A stretch of DNA of 64,000 nucleotides from the NCBI RefSeq assembly GCF_003334255.1, contig NZ_QOWU01000015.1; one strand, written 5' to 3'. Below the pieces are notes generated by a model, which saw only the letters and a list, made by a program, of their open reading frames with translations, ran no database searches and was not told where the DNA came from. This DNA is from Escherichia coli (GTDB lineage: Bacteria > Pseudomonadota > Gammaproteobacteria > Enterobacterales > Enterobacteriaceae). Shown piece after piece: positions 47,894 through 59,605 of the stretch. Numbering within the stretch: the first letter of the stretch is position 1; each line of letters begins with the position of its first letter. The position numbers and the translations under genes are program-made.

Positions 47894-50800
47894 ATGAAAA
47901 AGTTACGCGTAGCCGCCTGCATGCTAATGCTGGCGCTGGCAGGGTGCGACAACAACGATAACGCGCCAACAGCGGTGAAAAAAGATGCGCCTTCTGAAGT
48001 TACTAAAGCGGCCTCTTCAGAAAACGCGAGTTCAGCAAAACTCTCCGTGCCGGAGAGACAAAAACTGGCCCAACAGAGTGCCGGTAAGGTGCTGACATTG
48101 CTGGATCTCTCTGAAGTCCAACTTGATGGTGCAGCCACGCTGGTGCTGACGTTCTCCATCCCTCTCGACCCGGATCAGGATTTCTCACGCGTTATTCATG
48201 TCGTCGATAAAAAAAGCGGCAAAGTGGATGGTGCCTGGGAGCTGTCAGATAATCTTAAAGAGTTACGTTTACGCCACCTCGAACCGAAACGTGATTTGAT
48301 CGTTACTATTGGCAAGGAGGTCAAAGCACTCAACAACGCAACCTTCAGTAAAGATTACGAAAAAACTATAACTACCCGCGACATCCAACCCAGCGTCGGT
48401 TTTGCCAGCCGTGGTTCGCTGCTGCCTGGCAAAGTCGTTGAAGGGCTGCCGGTAATGGCGCTCAACGTTAATAATGTCGATGTTAACTTCTTCCGCGTTA
48501 AGCCAGAATCTCTGCCAGCATTCATTAGCCAATGGGAATACCGCAATTCGCTGGCGAACTGGCAGTCAGACAAACTGCTGCAGATGGCGGATCTGGTCTA
48601 CACCGGACGGTTTGATCTCAATCCTGCGCGTAACACCCGTGAAAAATTATTGCTGCCGCTGGGCGATATCAAACCGCTTCAGCAGGCGGGCGTGTATCTG
48701 GCTGTGATGAATCAGGCTGGACGTTACGATTACAGTAATCCCGCGACGCTGTTTACGTTAAGTGATATCGGCGTTTCAGCTCACCGTTATCACAATCGTC
48801 TGGATATCTTTACCCAAAGTCTGGAAAACGGCGCGGCCCAGCAAGGAATTGAAGTCTCTTTATTAAATGAGAAAGGGCAGACTCTGACTCAGGCAACCAG
48901 TGACGCTCAGGGGCATGTGCAGCTGGAAAATGATAAAAACGCGGCATTACTGTTGGCGCGTAAAGACGGTCAGACAACGCTACTCGATTTAAAACTTCCG
49001 GCGCTGGACTTAGCAGAATTTAACATTGCTGGCGCGCCAGGCTATAGCAAACAGTTTTTCATGTTTGGCCCACGCGATCTTTATCGCCCAGGTGAAACGG
49101 TAATCCTCAATGGTTTGCTGCGTGATGCAGACGGTAAAGCGTTGCCCAATCAACCCATCAAGTTAGACGTGATTAAACCCGATGGGCAGGTACTCAGGAG
49201 CGTCGTTAGTCAGCCGGAGAATGGCCTCTACCACTTTACCTGGCCACTCGATAGCAATGCGGCAACCGGTATGTGGCATATTCGCGCTAACACGGGCGAT
49301 AATCAGTATCGGATGTGGGATTTCCACGTCGAAGATTTTATGCCAGAGCGCATGGCGCTGAATCTGACCGGTGAGAAAACCCCGCTAACGCCGAAAGATG
49401 AAGTGAAATTCTCCGTGGTGGGGTACTACCTGTATGGTGCACCTGCTAATGGTAATACTTTGCAAGGGCAACTTTTCCTGCGCCCACTGCGTGAAGCTGT
49501 GTCAGCCTTACCTGGTTTTGAATTCGGCGATATAGCTGCCGAAAATCTTTCCCGCACGCTGGATGAAGTTCAGTTGACGCTGGATGATAAAGGGCGCGGC
49601 GAAGTTTCTACAGAAAGCCAGTGGAAGGAAACGCATTCCCCATTACAGGTTATTTTCCAGGGTAGTTTGCTGGAATCGGGCGGTCGCCCGGTGACGCGCC
49701 GCGCTGAGCAGGCTATCTGGCCTGCCGATGCATTGCCGGGGATCCGTCCGCAGTTCGCCTCGAAATCGGTTTACGATTATCGTACTGACAGCACGGTGAA
49801 ACAGCCCATTGTTGATGAAGGCAGTAACGCCGCTTTTGACATCGTTTATAGCGATGCGCAAGGCGTGAAAAAAGCCGTGTCGGGCTTGCAGGTGCGCCTG
49901 ATTCGCGAACGCCGCGATTACTACTGGAACTGGTCAGAAGATGAAGGCTGGCAGTCACAGTTTGATCAAAAAGATCTGATCGAAAATGAACAAACTCTGG
50001 ATCTGAAAGCGGACGAAACCGGCAAGGTCAGTTTTCCGGTAGAGTGGGGCGCTTATCGTCTGGAAGTCAAAGCGCCGAATGAAGCGGTCAGTAGTGTTCG
50101 TTTCTGGGCTGGCTATAGCTGGCAGGACAACAGCGACGGTAGCGGCGCAGTGCGACCCGACCGTGTCACGCTGAAACTGGATAAAGCCAGTTATCGCCCT
50201 GGCGACACCATTAAGTTGCATATCGCCGCGCCAACGGCGGGTAAAGGTTATGCGATGGTCGAGTCCAGTGAAGGGCCGCTGTGGTGGCAAGAGATTGATG
50301 TTCGGGCTCAAGGGCTGGATCTGACGATTCCGGTCGATAAAACCTGGAATCGTCATGATCTGTATTTAAGTACGCTGGTGGTACGTCCTGGCGATAAATC
50401 TCGCTCCGCGACGCCAAAACGCGCGGTTGGTGTGTTGCATCTGCCGCTTGGCGATGAAAACCGTCGCCTCGATCTGGCGCTGGAAACACCAGCAAAAATG
50501 CGTCCCAATCAACCATTAACCGTGAAAATTAAAGCCAGCACTAAAAATGGCGAGAAGCCTAAACAGGTGAATGTGCTGGTGTCTGCCGTTGATAGTGGTG
50601 TGCTGAATATTACTGACTACGTCACGCCAGATCCGTGGCAGGCGTTCTTTGGTCAGAAACGCTATGGCGCAGACATTTACGATATTTACGGTCAGGTTAT
50701 TGAAGGTCAGGGGCGTCTGGCAGCTCTGCGTTTCGGTGGCGATGGTGATGAGCTGAAACGTGGTGGTAAACCGCCGGTCAATCACGTCAATATTGTCGTG

Positions 50801-52855
50801 CAGCAGGCGCTGCCGGTAACGCTCAACGAACAGGGCGAAGGCTCGGTTACACTGCCGATTGGCGATTTTAACGGTGAATTGCGCGTCATGGCGCAAGCCT
50901 GGACGGCAGATGACTTCGGTAGCAACGAAAGTAAAGTGATAGTTGCCGCACCGGTGATTGCTGAACTGAACATGCCGCGCTTTATGGCGAGTGGCGATAC
51001 CTCGCGTCTGACGCTGGATATCACTAATCTTACCGATAAACCGCAAAAACTGAACGTTGCCCTGACCGCCAGTGGTTTGCTTGAACTGGTCAGCGATTCA
51101 CCCGCAGCCGTTGAATTAGCGCCAGGTGTGCGTACTACGCTGTTTATCCCGGTGCGAGCATTGCCGGGTTATGGCGATGGAGAAATTCAGGCCACCATTA
51201 GCGGGTTAGCGTTACCGGGTGAAACCGTTGCCGATCAGCATAAGCAGTGGAAAATCGGCGTCCGTCCGGCGTTCCCGGCACAAACGGTTAATTACGGTAC
51301 GGCGTTACAGCCTGGTGAGACATGGGCGATTCCGGCGGATGGATTGCAAAACTTCTCGCCTGTTACGCTGGAAGGGCAATTGTTGTTGAGCGGCAAACCA
51401 CCGCTGAACATCGCACGTTATATCAAAGAGTTAAAAGCGTATCCGTACGGCTGTCTTGAGCAAACCGCCAGCGGCCTGTTTCCGTCACTTTATACCAACG
51501 CAGCCCAACTGCAGGCGTTGGGCATCAAAGGCGACAGTGATGAGAAACGCCGTGCATCGGTCGATATCGGCATTTCCCGTTTGCTGCAAATGCAACGTGA
51601 TAACGGCGGCTTTGCGCTGTGGGATAAAAACGGTGACGAAGAGTACTGGCTGACGGCTTACGTGATGGATTTCCTGGTCCGCGCAGGCGAACAGGGTTAC
51701 AGCGTGCCGACAGACGCCATTAACCGGGGTAATGAGCGTCTGCTGCGCTATTTACAAGATCCGGGCATGATGTCGATCCCGTACGCGGATAATCTCAAAG
51801 CCAGTAAATTCGCCGTACAGTCTTACGCTGCGCTGGTGTTGGCCCGTCAGCAAAAGGCTCCGCTGGGTGCGCTGCGTGAAATCTGGGAGCATCGTGCAGA
51901 TGCCGCTTCTGGTTTACCGCTGCTGCAACTTGGCGTTGCGCTGAAAACCATGGGTGATGCGACGCGTGGTGAAGAAGCGATTGCGCTGGCGCTGAAAACG
52001 CCGCGTAATAGTGATGAGCGGATATGGCTGGGTGATTACGGTAGTTCACTGCGCGACAACGCGTTAATGCTCTCCTTGCTGGAAGAAAATAAACTGCTAC
52101 CCGATGAGCAGTACACTTTGCTGAACACACTTTCGCAGCAGGCGTTTGGTGAACGCTGGCTATCGACGCAGGAAAGTAACGCGTTGTTCCTGGCTGCCCG
52201 TACGATTCAGGATTTACCCGGTAAATGGCAGGCGCAAACCTCTTTCTCAGCTGAGCAGCTGACAGGCGAGAAAGCGCAAAACAGCAATCTGAATAGCGAT
52301 CAACTTGTCACCTTGCAGGTGAGCAACAGTGGCGATCAGCCGTTATGGTTGTGTATGGATGCCAGCGGTTATCCGCAATCCGCACCTTTACCGGCGAACA
52401 ATGTGCTGCAAATCGAGCGTCATATTCTTGGTACTGATGGTAAGAGCAAATCGCTGGACTCGTTACGTAGCGGCGATCTGGTGCTGGTGTGGTTGCAGGT
52501 AAAAGCCAGTAACAGCGTGCCGGATGCGTTAGTCGTGGATCTGCTGCCTGCGGGTCTGGAACTGGAAAACCAGAATCTGGCGAACGGTAGCGCCAGCCTG
52601 GAGCAAAGTGGTGGCGAAGTGCAGAACTTACTGAACCAGATGCAGCAGGCGAGCATTAAGCACATTGAGTTCCGTGACGATCGCTTTGTGGCGGCGGTTG
52701 CCGTTGATGAATACCAACCGGTAACGCTGGTGTATCTGGCGCGGGCGGTGACGCCGGGAACGTATCAGGTACCGCAACCGATGGTGGAATCAATGTATGT
52801 TCCCCAATGGCGGGCGACCGGCGCGGCTGAAGATCTGCTGATTGTCAGACCGTAA
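47894..52855 (+). CDS. yfhM: Alpha-2-macroglobulin-family lipoprotein (1653 aa)
   Basis: Lipobox LAGC in the signal peptide; thioester motif CLEQ (YGCLEQTASG). Confidence 0.95.
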   Translation: MKKLRVAACMLMLALAGCDNNDNAPTAVKKDAPSEVTKAASSENASSAKLSVPERQKLAQQSAGKVLTLLDLSEVQLDGAATLVLTFSIPLDPDQDFSRVIHVVDKKSGKVDGAWELSDNLKELRLRHLEPKRDLIVTIGKEVKALNNATFSKDYEKTITTRDIQPSVGFASRGSLLPGKVVEGLPVMALNVNNVDVNFFRVKPESLPAFISQWEYRNSLANWQSDKLLQMADLVYTGRFDLNPARNTREKLLLPLGDIKPLQQAGVYLAVMNQAGRYDYSNPATLFTLSDIGVSAHRYHNRLDIFTQSLENGAAQQGIEVSLLNEKGQTLTQATSDAQGHVQLENDKNAALLLARKDGQTTLLDLKLPALDLAEFNIAGAPGYSKQFFMFGPRDLYRPGETVILNGLLRDADGKALPNQPIKLDVIKPDGQVLRSVVSQPENGLYHFTWPLDSNAATGMWHIRANTGDNQYRMWDFHVEDFMPERMALNLTGEKTPLTPKDEVKFSVVGYYLYGAPANGNTLQGQLFLRPLREAVSALPGFEFGDIAAENLSRTLDEVQLTLDDKGRGEVSTESQWKETHSPLQVIFQGSLLESGGRPVTRRAEQAIWPADALPGIRPQFASKSVYDYRTDSTVKQPIVDEGSNAAFDIVYSDAQGVKKAVSGLQVRLIRERRDYYWNWSEDEGWQSQFDQKDLIENEQTLDLKADETGKVSFPVEWGAYRLEVKAPNEAVSSVRFWAGYSWQDNSDGSGAVRPDRVTLKLDKASYRPGDTIKLHIAAPTAGKGYAMVESSEGPLWWQEIDVRAQGLDLTIPVDKTWNRHDLYLSTLVVRPGDKSRSATPKRAVGVLHLPLGDENRRLDLALETPAKMRPNQPLTVKIKASTKNGEKPKQVNVLVSAVDSGVLNITDYVTPDPWQAFFGQKRYGADIYDIYGQVIEGQGRLAALRFGGDGDELKRGGKPPVNHVNIVVQQALPVTLNEQGEGSVTLPIGDFNGELRVMAQAWTADDFGSNESKVIVAAPVIAELNMPRFMASGDTSRLTLDITNLTDKPQKLNVALTASGLLELVSDSPAAVELAPGVRTTLFIPVRALPGYGDGEIQATISGLALPGETVADQHKQWKIGVRPAFPAQTVNYGTALQPGETWAIPADGLQNFSPVTLEGQLLLSGKPPLNIARYIKELKAYPYGCLEQTASGLFPSLYTNAAQLQALGIKGDSDEKRRASVDIGISRLLQMQRDNGGFALWDKNGDEEYWLTAYVMDFLVRAGEQGYSVPTDAINRGNERLLRYLQDPGMMSIPYADNLKASKFAVQSYAALVLARQQKAPLGALREIWEHRADAASGLPLLQLGVALKTMGDATRGEEAIALALKTPRNSDERIWLGDYGSSLRDNALMLSLLEENKLLPDEQYTLLNTLSQQAFGERWLSTQESNALFLAARTIQDLPGKWQAQTSFSAEQLTGEKAQNSNLNSDQLVTLQVSNSGDQPLWLCMDASGYPQSAPLPANNVLQIERHILGTDGKSKSLDSLRSGDLVLVWLQVKASNSVPDALVVDLLPAGLELENQNLANGSASLEQSGGEVQNLLNQMQQASIKHIEFRDDRFVAAVAVDEYQPVTLVYLARAVTPGTYQVPQPMVESMYVPQWRATGAAEDLLIVRP

Positions 52856-55168
52856 ATGCCTCGCTTGTTAACCAAACGCGGCTGCTGGATAACGTTGGCA
52901 GCCGCGCCCTTTCTCCTTTTTCTTGCAGCGTGGGGAGCAGATAAACTCTGGCCTCTACCGCTGCATGAAGTCAATCCCGCACGAGTGGTCGTGGCGCAGG
53001 ATGGTACGCCGCTCTGGCGCTTCGCCGATGCTGACGGCATCTGGCGTTATCCGGTAACAATCGAAGATGTTTCTCCACGTTACCTTGAAGCGCTGATCAA
53101 TTATGAAGATCGCTGGTTCTGGAAGCATCCGGGGGTGAATCCATTCTCGGTGGCGCGCGCAGCATGGCAAGATCTCACTTCGGGACGGGTTATTTCCGGT
53201 GGCAGCACGCTCACTATGCAGGTTGCTCGTCTGCTTGATCCTCACCCCAAAACATTTGGCGGCAAAATTCGCCAGCTCTGGCGCGCGTTGCAACTGGAAT
53301 GGCATCTGTCTAAGCGTGAAATTCTGACCTTGTATCTTAACCGCGCTCCGTTTGGCGGTACGTTGCAGGGGATCGGTGCGGCAAGTTGGGCTTATCTCGG
53401 AAAATCGCCTGCGAATTTAAGCTATTCCGAGGCGGCAATGCTGGCGGTTTTGCCGCAAGCGCCCAGCCGTCTTCGCCCGGATCGTTGGCCGGAGCGTGCC
53501 GAAGCCGCGCGTAATAAAGTGCTCGAACGGATGGCCGTGCAAGGTGTGTGGTCCCGTGAGCAGGTAAAAGAGTCAAGGGAAGAACCCATCTGGCTGGCCC
53601 CCCGACAAATGCCGCAACTGGCACCGCTGTTTTCGCGCATGATGCTCGGTAAAAGCAAAAGCGACAAAATCACTACTACGTTGGATGCCGGTCTTCAACG
53701 ACGTCTGGAAGAACTGGCGCAAAACTGGAAAGGGCGGTTGCCACCGCGCAGCTCACTGGCGATGATCGTGGTTGATCATACCGATATGCGTGTTCGCGGC
53801 TGGGTGGGATCGGTTGATCTCAACGATGATTCACGCTTTGGTCATGTTGATATGGTCAATTCGATCCGATCGCCAGGATCAGTGCTCAAACCGTTTGTTT
53901 ATGGTCTGGCGCTGGATGAAGGCTTGATCCACCCGGCATCACTGCTGCAAGACGTCCCCCGGCGCACCGGTGATTATCGACCAGGTAACTTTGATAGCGG
54001 TTTTCATGGCCCGATCAGCATGAGCGAGGCGCTGGTGCGCTCGCTGAACTTACCTGCTGTGCAGGTGCTGGAAGCCTATGGACCGAAACGGTTTGCGGCA
54101 AAGTTACGCAATGTTGGATTGCCGTTATATTTGCCCAACGGTGCTGCGCCGAATCTTTCACTCATTCTCGGCGGCGCTGGTGCAAAACTGGAAGATATGG
54201 CGGCAGCGTATACCGCGTTTGCTCGCCACGGCAAGGCAGGCAAATTGCGCTTACAGCCTGACGATCCGCTGCTTGAACGGCCTTTAATGTCGTCGGGGGC
54301 GGCGTGGATCATTCGCCGGATTATGGCTGATGAAGCGCAACCCTTGCCGGATAGTGCCTTGCCGCGCGTCGCCCCACTGGCATGGAAAACGGGCACCAGC
54401 TATGGCTATCGTGACGCCTGGGCGATTGGGGTTAACGCTCGCTATGTCATTGGGATCTGGACTGGCAGACCGGACGGCACGCCCGTTGTTGGTCAGTTTG
54501 GCTTTGCCAGTGCCGTACCATTGTTGAATCAGGTCAATAATATCTTACTGTCGCGCAGTGCGAATCTGCCGGAAGACCCGCGCCCGAACTCAGTCACTCG
54601 TGGCGTTATCTGCTGGCCGGGCGGACAGTCTTTGCCGGAAGGTGACGGTAACTGTCGCCGCCGCCTGGCAACCTGGCTGCTGGACGGGAGTCAGCCGCCA
54701 ACTCTATTACTGCCGGAGCAGGAAGGCATTAATGGCATTCGTTTCCCCATCTGGCTGGATGAAAATGGCAAACGTGTTGCCGCTGATTGCCCGCAAGCGC
54801 GACAAGAAATGATAAATGTCTGGCCGCTACCGCTGGAACCCTGGCTGCCCGCATCAGAACGTCGCGCTGTGCGCTTACCACCGGCCTCGACAAGTTGCCC
54901 GCCATACGGTCACGATGCCCAGCTCCCGCTGCAGCTGACAGGCGTTCGCGATGGCGCGATTATTAAACGTTTACCGGGCGCAGCGGAAGCGACTTTGCCG
55001 TTGCAATCAAGTGGAGGGGCAGGTGAACGCTGGTGGTTTCTGAATGGCGAACCGTTAACTGAACGCGGGCGCAACGTGACCCTGCATTTGACGGATAAAG
55101 GTGATTATCAATTGCTGGTGATGGATGACGTGGGGCAAATCGCGACAGTGAAATTTGTCATGCAATAG
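52856..55168 (+). CDS. pbpC: Penicillin-binding protein 1C
   Basis: Glycosyltransferase and transpeptidase domains; ATG immediately follows the yfhM TAA. Confidence 0.95.
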   Translation: MPRLLTKRGCWITLAAAPFLLFLAAWGADKLWPLPLHEVNPARVVVAQDGTPLWRFADADGIWRYPVTIEDVSPRYLEALINYEDRWFWKHPGVNPFSVARAAWQDLTSGRVISGGSTLTMQVARLLDPHPKTFGGKIRQLWRALQLEWHLSKREILTLYLNRAPFGGTLQGIGAASWAYLGKSPANLSYSEAAMLAVLPQAPSRLRPDRWPERAEAARNKVLERMAVQGVWSREQVKESREEPIWLAPRQMPQLAPLFSRMMLGKSKSDKITTTLDAGLQRRLEELAQNWKGRLPPRSSLAMIVVDHTDMRVRGWVGSVDLNDDSRFGHVDMVNSIRSPGSVLKPFVYGLALDEGLIHPASLLQDVPRRTGDYRPGNFDSGFHGPISMSEALVRSLNLPAVQVLEAYGPKRFAAKLRNVGLPLYLPNGAAPNLSLILGGAGAKLEDMAAAYTAFARHGKAGKLRLQPDDPLLERPLMSSGAAWIIRRIMADEAQPLPDSALPRVAPLAWKTGTSYGYRDAWAIGVNARYVIGIWTGRPDGTPVVGQFGFASAVPLLNQVNNILLSRSANLPEDPRPNSVTRGVICWPGGQSLPEGDGNCRRRLATWLLDGSQPPTLLLPEQEGINGIRFPIWLDENGKRVAADCPQARQEMINVWPLPLEPWLPASERRAVRLPPASTSCPPYGHDAQLPLQLTGVRDGAIIKRLPGAAEATLPLQSSGGAGERWWFLNGEPLTERGRNVTLHLTDKGDYQLLVMDDVGQIATVKFVMQ

Positions 55169-55231
55169 TCTGTTTTGTCCCTGATTGTTGCTAAAACTCA
55201 TTTTATTTTAAAAAAATGTTACCTTCATCAA

Positions 55232-55260
55232 TAGTCAACGGCCCTGTTGCTCATTATAAT
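55232..55260 (+). promoter_or_regulatory. Putative sigma70 promoter of ndk
   Basis: tagtca (-35-like), 17-bp spacer, tataat. Confidence 0.35.
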
Positions 55261-55316
55261 CCGCGCCATCTCGTACGCTGGTACAGACAACAACAGAACA
55301 ATTTACAGAGGTAAAA

Positions 55317-55748
55317 ATGGCTATTGAACGTACTTTTTCCATCATCAAACCGAACGCGGTAGCAAAAAACGTCATTGGTAATATCTTTGCGCGCTTTGAA
55401 GCTGCAGGGTTCAAAATTGTTGGCACCAAAATGCTGCACCTGACCGTTGAACAGGCACGTGGCTTTTATGCTGAACACGATGGAAAACCGTTCTTTGATG
55501 GTCTGGTTGAATTCATGACCTCTGGCCCGATCGTGGTTTCCGTGCTGGAAGGTGAAAACGCCGTTCAGCGTCACCGCGATCTGCTGGGCGCGACCAATCC
55601 GGCAAACGCACTGGCTGGTACTCTGCGCGCTGATTACGCTGACAGCCTGACCGAAAACGGTACCCACGGTTCTGATTCCGTCGAATCTGCCGCTCGCGAA
55701 ATCGCTTATTTCTTTGGCGAAGGCGAAGTGTGCCCGCGCACCCGTTAA
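55317..55748 (+). CDS. ndk: Nucleoside diphosphate kinase
   Basis: [36 protein letters not shown]...NGTHGSDS. Confidence 0.97.
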
Positions 55749-55807
55749 TAATTTCGTAAATGCCGCGTGCAAACGTGGCATCCGTGCGCCAGAATTTGTA
55801 CAATGCA

Positions 55808-55850
55808 GCGCCCCCGGACGAGCAGCCGCTCACCGGGGCGTTTCTTTTTT
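55808..55850 (+). terminator. Rho-independent terminator after ndk
   Basis: gcccccgg...ccggggcg hairpin followed by tttctttttt. Confidence 0.5.
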
Positions 55851-55897
55851 CAACCCTCCAGGGGCCATAACGTGTAATAACGAGGCCGGAATAGCAT

Positions 55898-57052
55898 ATG
55901 TCTGAACAATTAGTCACACCTGAAAACGTCACCACGAAAGATGGAAAAATCAACCTGCTGGATCTCAACCGTCAGCAGATGCGGGAGTTTTTTAAAGATT
56001 TAGGTGAAAAACCCTTCCGCGCCGATCAGGTGATGAAGTGGATGTATCACTATTGCTGCGACAACTTTGATGAGATGACCGACATCAACAAAGTGTTGCG
56101 CGGCAAACTGAAAGAGGTGGCGGAAATCCGCGCACCGGAAGTGGTTGAAGAACAGCGTTCATCTGACGGCACCATTAAATGGGCGATCGCCGTTGGCGAT
56201 CAGCGCGTCGAAACGGTGTATATCCCGGAAGACGACCGTGCCACGCTCTGCGTCTCTTCGCAGGTGGGGTGTGCGCTGGAGTGTAAATTCTGTTCCACCG
56301 CCCAGCAGGGCTTTAACCGCAACCTGCGGGTGTCGGAAATTATCGGCCAGGTGTGGCGTGCGGCGAAAATCGTCGGCGCAGCAAAAGTCACCGGTCAGCG
56401 TCCGATCACTAACGTAGTGATGATGGGCATGGGCGAGCCGCTGCTCAACCTGAACAACGTCGTTCCGGCGATGGAAATCATGCTTGATGATTTCGGTTTT
56501 GGCCTGTCTAAACGTCGCGTCACGCTTTCCACTTCCGGTGTAGTTCCGGCGCTGGATAAACTGGGCGATATGATCGACGTTGCACTGGCAATTTCCCTGC
56601 ACGCGCCGAACGACGAAATTCGTGACGAAATTGTGCCGATCAACAAAAAGTACAATATCGAAACGTTCCTTGCTGCGGTGCGCCGTTATCTGGAGAAATC
56701 CAACGCCAATCAGGGCCGAGTCACTATTGAATACGTGATGCTTGACCACGTTAACGACGGCACTGAACACGCGCACCAACTGGCGGAACTGCTGAAAGAT
56801 ACGCCGTGTAAGATCAACCTGATCCCGTGGAACCCGTTCCCGGGTGCGCCGTATGGACGCAGCTCGAACAGCCGTATCGACCGTTTCTCAAAAGTGCTGA
56901 TGAGCTACGGTTTCACCACTATTGTGCGTAAAACTCGTGGTGATGATATCGATGCTGCCTGTGGTCAGTTGGCGGGCGATGTTATCGACCGTACGAAACG
57001 TACCCTGCGTAAACGGATGCAGGGTGAAGCCATCGACATTAAAGCGGTCTGA
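55898..57052 (+). CDS. rlmN: Radical-SAM rRNA/tRNA adenine-C2 methyltransferase
   Basis: CALECKFC radical SAM motif. Confidence 0.96.
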
Positions 57053-57056
57053 TAGC

Positions 57057-57100
57057 CATTACGCCACGGTTACTTTATGTACCGTGGCGTAATGTTTTAT
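57057..57100 (+). terminator. Strong Rho-independent terminator after rlmN
   Basis: 15-bp perfect stem cattacgccacggta / taccgtggcgtaatg followed by ttttat. Confidence 0.65.
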
Positions 57101-57336
57101 GAATGAAGTATTAAGTTGCAATTGTCTGGTCAATATTAACGGTGCGTTTTTGCTGACTTTAAGGCAGTATGTAACGATGCAACAGTAAGTTAGCCTTAGT
57201 GAATGTGGGCTTTGTCACGAGCACACAGACGGTCTTATACTGTATGATAACGGTTAACTTAACGGATGTTTCGCGGTGTGGGTGAGCATGATGGTTCACC
57301 GGCATCTCAATTCTCATTTAAACGTACCTGCAGCGA

Positions 57337-58350
57337 ATGAATACTGAAGCCACGCACGACCAAAATGAAGCACTTACTACCGGCGCTCGCCTGCGTAATG
57401 CTCGCGAACAACTAGGACTTAGTCAGCAGGCCGTTGCCGAGCGACTTTGCCTGAAGGTTTCCACGGTACGCGACATTGAAGAAGATAAGGCACCCGCCGA
57501 TCTTGCTTCAACATTCCTGCGCGGATATATCCGCTCTTATGCGCGTCTGGTACATATTCCAGAAGAAGAACTGCTGCCAGGGCTGGAAAAGCAGGCTCCA
57601 CTTCGGGCTGCAAAAGTTGCGCCGATGCAGAGTTTTTCCCTCGGTAAACGCCGCAAAAAACGCGACGGCTGGCTGATGACCTTCACTTGGCTGGTGTTGT
57701 TTGTGGTTATCGGCCTGAGCGGTGCCTGGTGGTGGCAAGACCACAAAGCTCAGCAGGAAGAGATCACCACTATGGCCGATCAATCTTCGGCGGAACTGAG
57801 CAGTAATAGCGAGCAGGGGCAGAGTGTTCCATTAAATACGTCGACAACTACAGACCCGGCTACAACGTCCACGCCGCCAGCGTCTGTGGATACTACCGCA
57901 ACCAACACGCAAACACCTGCCGTAACTGCGCCAGCACCAGTTGTTGATCCGCAACAGAATGCGGTTGTTTCGCCTTCGCAGGCAAATGTTGATACCGCCG
58001 CGACCCCGGCACCAACGGCAGCAACAACGCCAGATGGTGCTGCGCCGTTGCCAACCGATCAGGCTGGCGTGACCACGCCGGTGGCTGATCCGAATGCGCT
58101 GGTGATGAACTTTACTGCCGATTGCTGGCTGGAGGTCACTGATGCTACCGGTAAAAAATTGTTTAGCGGTATGCAGCGTAAAGACGGTAATTTGAACTTA
58201 ACCGGCCAGGCACCGTACAAACTGAAAATTGGTGCGCCAGCCGCAGTACAGATCCAGTATCAAGGGAAACCTGTCGATCTGAGTCGTTTTATCAGAACTA
58301 ACCAGGTTGCGCGTCTGACCCTCAATGCCGAACAATCACCGGCGCAGTAA
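57337..58350 (+). CDS. rodZ: Cytoskeleton protein RodZ
   Basis: N-terminal HTH, TM segment, Pro/Thr/Ala-rich linker, conserved C-terminal domain. Confidence 0.94.
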   Translation: MNTEATHDQNEALTTGARLRNAREQLGLSQQAVAERLCLKVSTVRDIEEDKAPADLASTFLRGYIRSYARLVHIPEEELLPGLEKQAPLRAAKVAPMQSFSLGKRRKKRDGWLMTFTWLVLFVVIGLSGAWWWQDHKAQQEEITTMADQSSAELSSNSEQGQSVPLNTSTTTDPATTSTPPASVDTTATNTQTPAVTAPAPVVDPQQNAVVSPSQANVDTAATPAPTAATTPDGAAPLPTDQAGVTTPVADPNALVMNFTADCWLEVTDATGKKLFSGMQRKDGNLNLTGQAPYKLKIGAPAAVQIQYQGKPVDLSRFIRTNQVARLTLNAEQSPAQ

Positions 58351-58376
58351 CAGACGGGTAACGCGGGAGATTTTTC

Positions 58377-59495
58377 ATGCATAACCAGGCTCCAATTCAA
58401 CGTAGAAAATCAACACGTATTTACGTTGGGAATGTGCCGATTGGCGATGGTGCTCCCATCGCCGTACAGTCCATGACCAATACGCGTACGACAGACGTCG
58501 AAGCAACGGTCAATCAAATCAAGGCGCTGGAACGCGTTGGCGCTGATATCGTCCGTGTATCCGTACCGACGATGGACGCGGCAGAAGCGTTCAAACTCAT
58601 CAAACAGCAGGTTAACGTGCCGCTGGTGGCTGACATCCACTTCGACTATCGCATTGCGCTGAAAGTAGCGGAATACGGCGTCGATTGTCTGCGTATTAAC
58701 CCTGGCAATATCGGTAATGAAGAGCGTATTCGCATGGTGGTTGACTGTGCGCGCGATAAAAACATTCCGATCCGTATTGGCGTTAACGCCGGATCGCTGG
58801 AAAAAGATCTGCAAGAAAAGTATGGCGAACCGACGCCGCAGGCGTTGCTGGAATCTGCCATGCGTCATGTTGATCATCTCGATCGCCTGAACTTCGATCA
58901 GTTCAAAGTCAGCGTGAAAGCGTCTGACGTCTTCCTCGCTGTTGAGTCTTATCGTTTGCTGGCAAAACAGATCGATCAGCCGTTGCATCTGGGGATCACC
59001 GAAGCCGGTGGTGCGCGCAGCGGGGCAGTAAAATCCGCCATTGGTTTAGGTCTGCTGCTGTCTGAAGGCATCGGCGACACGCTGCGCGTATCGCTGGCGG
59101 CCGATCCGGTCGAAGAGATCAAAGTCGGTTTCGATATTTTGAAATCGCTGCGTATCCGTTCGCGAGGGATCAACTTCATCGCCTGCCCGACCTGTTCGCG
59201 TCAGGAATTTGATGTTATCGGTACGGTTAACGCGCTGGAGCAACGCCTGGAAGATATCATCACTCCGATGGACGTTTCGATTATCGGCTGCGTGGTGAAT
59301 GGCCCAGGTGAGGCGCTGGTTTCTACACTCGGCGTCACCGGCGGCAACAAGAAAAGCGGCCTCTATGAAGATGGCGTGCGCAAAGACCGTCTGGACAACA
59401 ACGATATGATCGACCAGCTGGAAGCACGCATTCGTGCGAAAGCCAGTCAGCTGGACGAAGCGCGTCGAATTGACGTTCAGCAGGTTGAAAAATAA
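58377..59495 (+). CDS. ispG: HMBPP synthase (IspG/GcpE)
   Basis: [36 protein letters not shown]... Confidence 0.96.
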
Positions 59496-59605
59496 TAACG
59501 TGATGGGAAGCGCCTCGCTTCCCGTGTATGATTGAACCCGCATGGCTCCCGAAACATTGAGGGAAGCGTTGAGGGTTCATTTTTATATTCAGAAAGAGAA
59601 TAAAC

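Noticed and set aside
57820-58080. Repeat-like Pro/Thr/Ala-rich tract inside rodZ
   Set aside because: This is the known low-complexity periplasmic linker of RodZ, not a DNA repeat element or insertion.
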